Positions 54,401 to 64,000 of a stretch of DNA of 64,000 nucleotides are shown here, piece after piece. The stretch comes from Tubulanus polymorphus (lineage: Eukaryota; Animalia; Nemertea), in contig NC_134025.1 in the NCBI RefSeq assembly GCF_964204645.1, positions 31,700,788 to 31,764,787 on the forward strand, written 5' to 3'. Every line of letters starts with the position of its first letter. Within the stretch, counting starts at the first letter, position 1. A model generated the notes under the pieces. That model was not told the DNA's origin. It saw nothing but the letters and a program-made list of their open reading frames with translations, and ran no database searches. The translations under genes were made by a program, and so were the position numbers.

Positions 54401-57400
54401 GAATTAATTATATCGATTCTTCTCGGCGAATTCGAATTCTGAATCAACGGTTTTGATTGGATAACTTTTATACCAGTCGCTTTCTGATTGGCTCCGGAGT
54501 TAAAACTCAGCATCTGATTGGCTGCGGCGTTGTAACCCGGCTTCTGATTGGCTGTGACGTTGTAATTCGGATTCTGACTGGCCGAAGCGACGAAACTCTG
54601 CTTCTGATTGGTTAAACTATCAGTATCGCTGTGAGTTAAGGTACTTACAATGGATAACTGTTCGGGTGGAGGTCCTTCAACTGATAACTCACTTACCGCG
54701 CTTGCGCAGTTACCACGTGTTAAACCGTAACGATAATAAAACAGACACATGATCATTTCTAATAGAACTAATCCGTACGATCTGAGCTCGCCGATAAATA
54801 ACTCAATACTGAATTCATCACAGTTCGAGGAATCGTTTATAACCTGAGAATCTTCAAAATCCGCTAAAACAGCTTTCAATAACATATTCTGTAAAAACAA
54901 GAAATAAAATAAAACTGAATATCGTGAACATTTAGAGTTCTGAATTTCTGCATGTTGAACTAAGGAACTGTGTGGAACTGAGGAACTGTGGAATTGTGGA
55001 ACTAACATGTGGAACTGAGGAACTGTGGAACTGTAGAACTAACGTGTGGAACTGAGGAACTGTGGAACTGTAGAACTAACGTGTGGAACTGAGGAACTGT
55101 GGAACTGTAGAACTAACGTGTGGAACTGAGGAACTGTGGAACTGTAGAACTAACGTGTGGAACTGAGGAACTGTGGAACTGTAGAACTAACGTGTGGAAC
55201 TGAGGAACTGTGGAACTGTAGAACTAAGGGGCTAGTTGCATTTTCATTTAGACACCGTTAATCGAAATTGAAACATCAAGTAATGCTCAACGTCTGGAAG
55301 GGAGAAGGTTCCAGGGCTGGTTGCATAGTCATGGCTTAGACTTAAACCTAGTCTAAGGCCAACTTAGTTCTATAGCCAATCGTACAACTTAAGATTTTAG
55401 ACCACTTTTGGACTTAAGTCATGACTGTGCAACTGGCCCCTGGACTGTGGAACAGAATTTACACTAGAATAGCTTCCAATCATCCCTAGTTCTACAGCTG
55501 TAAGTTTCATTATCAATGAAGTGAAACAATATCAACAAACCTCAGTTGATCCAATAAGATAAATGTTTTTGCTCGAAATTCGACCGTGTACGAGATTTAA
55601 TGATCTTAAATGACCGATTCCTTTAGCTACATCAACGGCTAACATGTGTAAACATCCTTCCGTTAGTAGTTTTGGGGGATGTTGAAGCAATTTACGTAAA
55701 CTTCCGTGATCTAAAAACGCTCTACAAATCACCCTGAAATATAAAACACAGTAGTCTTATAGATCACTGAATAGTCAACAGACAAAGAGCTGGTCCGACA
55801 ACATGAGAGAGAGTGGTCCGGCCGTGGTCCGGCCGCAGACACTACGGGATGCCCTGCTGCCCAAACAACCGCGTCAGGATCGACGATTAGATTAAATAAA
55901 TTAAATTAACACAAAAATATATGATTCTGACCCTAATTTACCCTTCAGCAAACTTCCACACCCGAATGTGCACAAGAGTTAGACGAAATACCAGAATTCA
56001 TAGTGGTTGAATGAGGGATGTTTATTTCAACACGCTATATACGCGCTCAGATTTCAGGTCCAACTAAAACTGACCCCTAAAATCAATGTTGCCTAAAAAC
56101 GCATATCACGAGGTTTACAAGGATACTAGAATCTCTGCTGCTGGAATCAGTCAATGATTGTCGTTTATTTCAGGGAATTTGAAAATGGAAGCGCAATTAA
56201 TTGCGCTTCAATTAAACTTGTTTATGTTCAAATTTCATAGAAATGACCTCTTAAAACACATTGTGCCTGAACCACACCTGGCAAGGTGCCCGAGAATGAG
56301 TGAGTCACTACACCTGACTGGTCACCACACACCCACTAACCCTAAACCTAACTTAAAACATACTTCTTTGGCAATGTTTTTATGTAATTGTTCGTCAGAT
56401 GATTTCTATTTCTATGTATGAATAAAGATACGACCTTTATATAAATCGTTTCTGTTCTAATTGTTCTTACAAAATATGCAAATTGTCCAAATTCAATCTA
56501 ATTTCCTGGCAAATTAATTGAAGTGATACAAAAACCCCTTGTTTGGGGTATTGTAAAGTGAATATAGGGGTCGCTACGCATGACTGGTTATCACATAACA
56601 ATGGTCAACACACTGACAAATCAAAATGGGTTGACCACCAGAACTCTATGGTCTAGTGGTAGACACTCTGGTTTGGCAGGTGAGAGACCCGAGTTCGAGT
56701 CTCAGCCCAGCTAGGGTTAGGGTTACGGAGGATGGAACTAGGGTTAGGGTTACGGGTCACCTAGGGTTTGGCTAGACGTGTTTTCATCATTTTTTACGCT
56801 ATGATTTCCCCTTTAAAAAAAATTTTTACAAATATGTATATTTTGAAATAGAGAAAGGTTTCTAACGCTTTAGGATGAGATAGGAAAAGGCTCCAATTAT
56901 GAGAGAATTAGGTTTTTGTGTGGCAGAATTTGTCCAAATTCATGGCTAAAAGCTTGTTTATTTTATTAAACTGTAAATTGTTTGGGTTATTCAGGAATTT
57001 TAAAAGGTTTTCCTATCGAGTTGGCTGTTTGTTAAACTTATATATATTTGACTTTGATATGAACTAATTACACAACAACATTTACACACTGGACAGAACT
57101 GTACTACATGACTGTATAAACATGTCAGGTACTCGCAGGTACCCGAGACAGCACCAGGCACCCACAGGTACCAGAGACTGCACCAGGCACCCACAGGTAC
57201 CCGAGACTGTTCCAGGTACTCGCAGGTACCCAAGACGGCACCAGGTATCCACAGGTACCAGAGACTGTGCCAGGTATCCACAGGTACCCGAGGCTGTGCC
57301 AGGTACTCGCAGGTACCCGAGAATTCTCTAACCTACCTTGATTTACGATTAATTCCTATTTGTGATTGTGATATGATTCCTGTGTAGTATCGATTCTGAT

Positions 57401-58665
57401 TTGATGACCAGTAATATTTCACGATATTCTCATGCGGGGTTTTAGTAATTAAAGCCGCTGCTTGAACTTCATTTTGCCATCGATCTTTCATATTTACAGG
57501 AAACACTTTCATTACACCACTCACTACTACACCGTCTATCGGCCATTTCACTTGCATTAATAAAATATCCGTCTACAAATTCAGAAAAAAAGAAGGGAAA
57601 TGATTGTGAAATATCGAATTGAAGAATAAGAAAATAATAATAAAGAAATATCGAAATTAATTTATTATTGATATTTCAGAGAATTGAACTTACTTTAATT
57701 TGATTCGGCATCACTTTTATATCCTGAATTTCTAGCGGTACAATTGAGACATCTTTATAAATAATATCAGCAGTTTTACTGCGAGAAGAGTTTAATCCTA
57801 GTTTACCGCGATCGCGAAGATAACTGATTAACGGAACTAAAGTATGGATTAACATACATATACCCGATATATACCCGACCGGCCATTTCATCTTATCCTT
57901 ATCAGTGGTCGATCCGTTGAAAAATGCTGACGTCACAAAACACAATATAACGAAGTAAGAAACGACATCGATCAATAACCAGATGATCAACCTCTTTAAA
58001 GAGATCCAGTGATCATAGAATGTCGTTTCCGGATCAGTATCCAGTCTCAGGTTAAATTTAGGATAGGATTTCGCTAGAATATAAATACATAGCGCTACAG
58101 TACTGGTTATACCTAACCATAGAATAAACAGTTGAAAGAATGAGTATCCCCAGTCGTTCTCTCCGGGTATCCGTAACGGGATACACGAGTATCTGTAAGG
58201 TAGTCCAGTATCGAACATGTCTGTAGCTGCCATGGGTAAAAATGAGATAATTGCGGTAACGGTCCATTCTACTAAAACTATTGTCGTAAAAATACAAACG
58301 CAGAATCCACCTCTAGCCAGTTTACCCAGTTGCCATAGCAACATGGTAACTACGGTAGTGACGTGCATGAATATTGTTGTAGTGAACATGAATAATAATA
58401 TGAATCCAGCTCCGCGACACGACGACGAGGTGGAGGAGGAGGAATTATCAGATATATCATCAGCAGATATCACAACTATCAATAATCCGATACTAAATCC
58501 GATAGATCCGATATCCTGTAGAATATAACTCATCTTTATAACGATTAAAACATCTTTATGTTCCCGAATCGATCTCCATATCATCAATATCAGGTTAGCA
58601 ACGATCGCTATAGCAACTAGAATAGATAGAATGTATCCAGCAGCTTGTTCACCGGGTTCGAACAT
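51438..58665 (-). CDS. 7TM (LGR-like class A) receptor fused to a split pseudokinase domain with a ~1000-aa low-complexity insert (~1580 aa, 5 coding exons)
   Basis: Phase-consistent GT-AG exons 58665-57694, 57572-57337, 55733-55541, 54888-51643, 51539-51438. Seven hydrophobic segments, then kinase motifs VMKVF, NE, HENIVKY, GSL, VAKGIGHL, VHGRISSKNI, LADFE, ELRSYGLVLLEM, and after the insert KVPF...KILSLI and LMRVCW...PSAQDL. Confidence 0.8.
54964..55227. repeat. ~37-bp intronic minisatellite
   Basis: gtgtggaactgaggaactgtggaactgtagaactaac units. Confidence 0.92.
55315..55440. mobile_element. MITE family A, copy 2
   Basis: Homologous to 5214-5352; TIRs GGTTGCATAGTCATG ... CATGACTGTGCAAC. 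Confidence 0.75.
56643..56775 (+). mobile_element. Degenerate tRNA-derived (SINE-like) sequence with a TAGGGT-repeat tail
   Basis: A-box TGGTCTAGTGG, B-box GAGTTCGAGTC, imperfect cloverleaf, then TAGGGTTAGGGTTAC twice. Confidence 0.5.
57125..57322. repeat. ~30-bp degenerate minisatellite
   Basis: caggtactcgcaggtacccgagac / caggcacccacaggtacc units. Confidence 0.85.
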
Positions 58666-60928
58666 CGTACACCCCTCTACACGACCACTCTTAGTTACAT
58701 ATCTACAAATACAACGACGATACTCTTAGCGAGCAATTCGATCTGATTGGTTGAATAGTTACCTCTTAATGAGATTTATGAATAGTGAGTTGATTAAAGT
58801 GTAATAAAATTAGAATTAAATTGATTGTTTGGGGGGGGGGGTAGTCCGGGGGTAGTCCGGGGGATTAACTTTAATCGCTACTACAAGTTTAATCATGCAG
58901 GAACCGTAGTCAATTTATACACAAAATTAACTTCCGGTTATAGAAAATTGTCAAATGGAATGAAATTCATTTTGAACAATGAATTCATAGAAGCTTCAGT
59001 TATAAACTAAACTTTAAATCAAACTATAAACTTAACTTAAATTATAAACTAAACTTAAATTATAAACTTAACTTAAACTTAACTAAACTTCAACTCAACT
59101 AAACTAAGCTCAACTAAACTCAATAAACAAAGCCTGCGCATGATTTAAAAGGATTTTTGCATCAAATATAAATAGTTAAATTCAGCTGATTTATTGTTGT
59201 TAAACTTGTTGTTTATTCACTTGCCGATTTGAAATTCATTATAGATTATATTTGATGTAATTGCGAGGCAGACGTGGAACTATAATCACAAACTGTGGAA
59301 CCGTATCAAACACTTATAACTCACGACTGTGAAAGTGTCTTTGAAGATGAAATGAAATTTACCTTTTTAATTAAGAATAAAATTCGGCGCAGTAGTTATT
59401 GACGGACGGGATGAGTCTCGCGTACTGCGGCTCTCACTGTGAGTGTAATTAACCCGACAGTATAATATCTATGTGTACACACAGTTTAACCTAAGTTGTA
59501 TGTACTTTACCTGTGTATAAGACATTAGTTCTATTACTTTCACGCTCCATATAACTTATATACTAATAAATACCCGTGATTTTAAACAATTAGAAATAAT
59601 CCCTTAAAATATTCCAAGAATATTCATTTACCGAGGTATTCTAACGTCGATCAACAATTTACATTACTCCAAGGTTATGCGGAACATAGTCATTGTTCTA
59701 ACCGTTAGTACTCTGGTAACACGGAACCATCCGTTCATATTCAATCTGAGATTTTTCTATCAGATTTGTTTTGTTTACTTTTGTAAATCAAGATCTTAAA
59801 ACAGATTTAATAATCCCGGCCTACTCTGGATCCGACCTCACGGAGATGTCCCGCTGCTAGGGTACCTGGTTTCTAACACCCCGATCGCGGAGCAGTCCTA
59901 ACTCTTACCAGGGTTCGGGTTCACGCCCCCTCAGAATATAACTGGGTCTACTCAGTGATTTCCGTATCTGGATTCGAACCTGGTACGCCCTTGTTCATCC
60001 TCAATTCAACATCCGGCGTTGACCATGAATTTATTATCGGGTTCGAACCTGGGACTCCCGTTCCATTATCTCTTCAAATTTGTCACTAGCGTCAGTCAAA
60101 CAACCGGGTTCGAACCAGGGACCTACATTTCTAATCGATGGTACATGTTATACTTCATTTCCGATAGATGGCGCTTGTGAAATAAAGTGCAGCACTAATC
60201 TTGGATATAGTAGATTCAAGAAATTTGATAGTTCGACGAAATTCCAATAGATGGCGAACACGTAGGAAATTAACGAGTCGAATAAAAAATAGAACAATAA
60301 AACATTGGTTTTTATTGTGGTATTATTAGACTCAGGGATTGTTTCATCGTACAGATCAATCTCCATCCATCCTCGTAAAGGTCTCGGTGTGCTTGTATTG
60401 GGATTTCTACTCTTTCTTATACATATGTCTCCCTCTAGTGGTGAGTCCCAGCCCTACAACTTGTGTCCCTCTCTTTTTACTGGTGCCCAGACAATCCGCT
60501 TCAGAGTCTTAAACCCAAACATTAAAACAAAACATAAAACAAAGAATTAAATCACGCAGTTTTTTATTGAAAAATAATTCTATAAGATAAATATTATTTC
60601 ACTGTACAAACAATGTTTAACACTGAACATGATGGACTGTGGGGTTGTTACCGTGTGGAACGACGGCTAGGTACTAGGGTCTGATCTATATCCCCGGGCC
60701 TCCCTCTCCCTTCCCTCCCTCTCCCTTCCCTCACTCTCCCTTCCCCTGCCCTCCGGCCTCAGTTCCTTCCCCTGCCCTCCGGCCTCACTTCCTTCCCCTG
60801 CCCTCCGGCCTCACTCCCTTCCCCATTACCTTGTGAACTTAATTACTGATGAAATGTATTTACAACACAATCACAGAATAACAGCACCAAATACAGACAG
60901 TAGAGACCCCTAGTGAGCAGTATCTACA

Positions 60929-63393
60929 CTATATATCCTTTACATTATCTAACGAACCAATAGATGGCGTTAGTAGTGTTTGTTTATATTGATTCAATGC
61001 TTCTTGGTCTGCCGGGCATTCGAAATGAACACAATGGAAAACCTGTAATTTAAAACACAACAATCAATTCAGTTATATACACAGACACAGATAAACAATA
61101 GCTCGTTAGTTAATTACCTCGTTAGCAGTATTGTGCGTTCCAATTAATTTTACAAATGCCACGGGCCGTTTCGGAAACGTTAGGATTTCCCAAGATCTGA
61201 AAAGTTTAATAAACAAATAAATTGATATCAGTTTTCATCGGCTCTCTCCCATAAACACCCAGTGTCCCTCCCTCTAGTCTGGCCCCGCCCCCCCCCCCTG
61301 GCCCCCTGGCCCCCACCTCTCTCTCCTGTAAGGCTTACCTACAGTTTTCACGTTTAGCTACTGTTTCCCAGTTTTGTTGATTCACTGAAACTTCTATATT
61401 GTAACTATACCTTCGGTCATCGCAGTCCCATAGCAACAATCTGTTACAACAATATAATACACATAGCAACAATGGATGACAGCAGTCGCTATAGAAACGG
61501 AATAACGTCGTACAAACCTCATAGAATCTAACATGTACGGCTGAGCTAACTGTATAATAATACATCCACTACCTAACTGATGACATGTATATCCACTATC
61601 CCAGTCATAGTTCTTAGTATGACCATTAATGAGAGCATTACGACATCTACTGACACCTTCTAATACACACGCACTGCAGTCTAATGTAGCTACATTCTTA
61701 CTGGGTACTAAAACATATAAACACACTGATAATACACGTCATATACCGGTCTCTTAGAATAGAGTTTAACAGTTGGATGATACAGTAGACTCTGTTTGTA
61801 GAACCATGTTTTAACTTACCGATAATTCCATTGTCTAAAACAAATGTTGAATAAGTGAAATAACATTCAAATGCGATCGCGTGGAAAACTCTGTTGACAG
61901 TGTTGTGAGTCCCGACAATACGAAAATACCTACAAATATATAAAACAATAACTGAGCCCTGGCGAGTGAGTAAAACTGAGCCCCTGGGGCCGGTTCCATA
62001 GTCGAGATTTAAGTCCAAAAGTCACAAATCTTAAGACTGGTCTTAAGCTGTTAGATTAGCTATAGAACTAAGAGAGCCTTAGACTGGTCTTAAGTCTAAG
62101 CCATGACTATGGAATTTGCCCCTGGTGAGTGAGTAAAAACTAAGCCCTGGGAAGTGATTAAGCCATCTTTATTTTGTAAGTCCCAAGTTGTATTTCTAAT
62201 TCAATTTACTAAGCATAATTCATTATCATATTGATCACCACAAATATAATGAGGAGTTCTAGCTGTATTTATACTTACTTTGCGACGTGAATGAGTAGAA
62301 CTGAGCCCTGGCGAGTGAGTTATACTTACTTTGCGACGTGAGTGAGTAGAACTGAGCCCTGGCGAGTGAGTTATACTTACTTTGCGACGCGAATGAGTAG
62401 AACTGAGCCCTGGCGAGTGAGTTATACTTACTTTGCGACGCGAGTGAGTAGAACTGAGCCCTGGCGAGTGAGTTATACTTACTTTGCGACGCGAGTGAGT
62501 AGAACTGAGCCCTGGCGAGTGAGTTATACTTACTTTGCGACGCGAGTGAGTAGAACTGAGCCCTGGCGAGTGAGTTATACTTACTTTGCGACGCGAGTGA
62601 GTAGAACTGAGCCCTGGCGAGTGAGTTATACTTACTTTGCGACGCGAATGAGTAGAACTGAGCCCTGGCGAGTGAGTTATACTTACTTTGCGACGCGAGT
62701 GAGTAGAACTGAGCCCTGGCGAGTGAGTTATACTTACTTTGCGACGCGAGTGAGTAGAACTGAGCCCTGGCGAGTGAGTTATACTTACTTTGCGACGCGA
62801 ATGAGTAGAACTGAGCCCTGGCGAATGAGTTATACTTACTTTGCAACGCGAGTGAGTAGAACTGAGCCCTGGCGAGTGAGTTATACTTATTTTGCGACGC
62901 GAGTGAGTAGAACTGAGCCCTGGCGAGTGAGTTATACTTACTTTGCGACGCGAGTTGGAAAGTGTAATTTTTGCCAGGATCGACAGAAATATTTGGAATG
63001 ATCGACGATGCAAACCCAGTCTTTATTATCCATAGAACATTCAATATAATACGAGTAAGATCTGTAAAATATAAAACGCGTTCATCTAATTATTTCCTTT
63101 CAAATGAGTTAAATTCCCGGATCCAGTTGCACCGGGTGTAGGTTAACACTCAATGAGACTACTCACTGACCTCTGATCTCTATCCCACAATAACAATCTG
63201 ATAGTGTTTATAATATGTGGCTCCTTTAACTGAACGACTATTCCAGGATTAGCGCAAGATTCATCGATTAAATGTCGACTAAATCCCCGATCTAAATCAT
63301 ACGTCGTAACATCCTCGTCTAACAATGCAGATTTAATCTCACCGTGGATGACTTCAGCTCCGTGACGACTTGTGGCGACATTCTCATCACTTA
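60929..63393 (-). CDS. BTBD9: BTB/POZ domain-containing protein 9 (3' part, 7 exons; 5' end beyond window)
   Basis: Exons 63393-63171, 63061-62942, 61929-61820, 61707-61518, 61440-61339, 61196-61118, 61042-60929. Two discoidin-like repeats with ENVAT, IRLLLWDRD.RSYSYYIE, IVGTHNTVNRVFH, EGVSRCRNAL, YDWDSGYTCHQLGSG, IGTHNTANEVFHCVHFECP. Confidence 0.93.
61987..62120. mobile_element. MITE family A, copy 3 (inverted), CTG target duplication
   Basis: CTG-GGGCCGGTTCCATAG...CTATGGAATTTGCCC-CTG interrupts an actgagccctggcgagtgagt repeat unit. Confidence 0.8.
62268..62955. repeat. 51-bp minisatellite duplicating a BTBD9 exon end and splice donor, ~13 units
   Basis: Minus-strand unit CTCGCGTCGCAAA|GTAAGTATAACTCACTCGCCAGGGCTCAGTTCTACTCA. 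Confidence 0.95.
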
Positions 63394-63557
63394 CTGTAAA
63401 TACAACAATAAACATCTCACTGATCCTCTTAAACCTCCCTCATCCCCTCCCCTTCCCCTTCATCCCCTCCCCCTCCCCTTCATCCCCTCCCCCTCCCCTT
63501 TATCCCCTCCCCCTCTTCATCCCCTCCCCTCCCCTTCAGCTCCTCCTCCTCTCGTGT

Positions 63558-64000
63558 CTCGATTCTCCCTGGAACCCCTGTATCTCCAGATTCTCCCTGG
63601 AACCCCTGTATCTCCAGATTCTCCCTGGAACCCCTGTATCTCCAGATTCTCCCTGGAACCCCTGAATCTCCAGATTCTCCCTGGAACCCCTGTATCTCCA
63701 AATTCTCCCCGGAACCCCTGTATCTCCAGATTCTCCCTGGAACCCCTGTATCTCCAGATTCTCCCTGGAACCCCTGTATCTCCAGATTCTCCCTGGAACC
63801 CCTGAATCTCCAGATTCTCCCTGGAACCCCTGTATCTCCAGATTCTCCCCGGAGCCCCTATATCTCCAGATTCTCCCCGGAACCCCTGTATCTCCAGATT
63901 CTCCCTGAAACCCCTGTATCTCCAGATTCTCCCTGGAACCCCTGTATCTCCAGATTCTCCCTGGAACCCCTGTATCTCCAGATTCTCCCTGGAACCCCTG
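63558..64000. repeat. ~29-bp intronic minisatellite running off the window end
   Basis: gattctccctggaacccctgtatctcca units. Confidence 0.93.

Noticed and set aside
51631-55008. Stand-alone 1125-aa single-exon gene
   Set aside because: Its first ~40 codons are intronic repeat; a strong acceptor at 54889 and donor at 51642 make it an internal exon of the 7TM-pseudokinase gene.
56643-56710. Functional tRNA gene
   Set aside because: Acceptor and anticodon stems do not pair properly and there is no adjacent oligo-T terminator; treated as SINE-like.
62201-63044. 270, 261 and 219 aa ORFs
   Set aside because: Translations of the 51-bp repeat; the real BTBD9 exon is 63061-62942 in another frame.

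Overview
AT-rich, intron-containing eukaryotic DNA from an invertebrate animal (probably a lophotrochozoan; this is an inference). Gene models were built by hand from splice sites and reading-frame phase. The window holds a 5'-partial BTB-BACK-TLDc gene (+), a KLF6/7 zinc-finger gene with a ~13 kb GC-AG first intron (+), a small putative orphan gene (-), a mitochondrial-clan CYP44-like P450 (-) head-to-head with a two-cystatin cathepsin F (+), CCT8 (+), a 7TM-pseudokinase fusion gene (-) and the 3' part of BTBD9 (-). Most long introns and intergenic gaps are filled by unrelated minisatellites, so most long ORFs in the track are repeat artefacts. The strongest finding is the ~1580-aa protein at 51438-58665: an LGR-like 7TM bundle fused to a degenerate kinase fold whose C-lobe is split by a ~1000-aa low-complexity insert. 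Also notable are a ~22-copy array of CTCF-consensus motifs abutting a Pol III B-box array between convergent genes, minisatellites that multiply splice sites, and a hammerhead-like repeat. No database search was possible, so family calls rest on recognised motifs.
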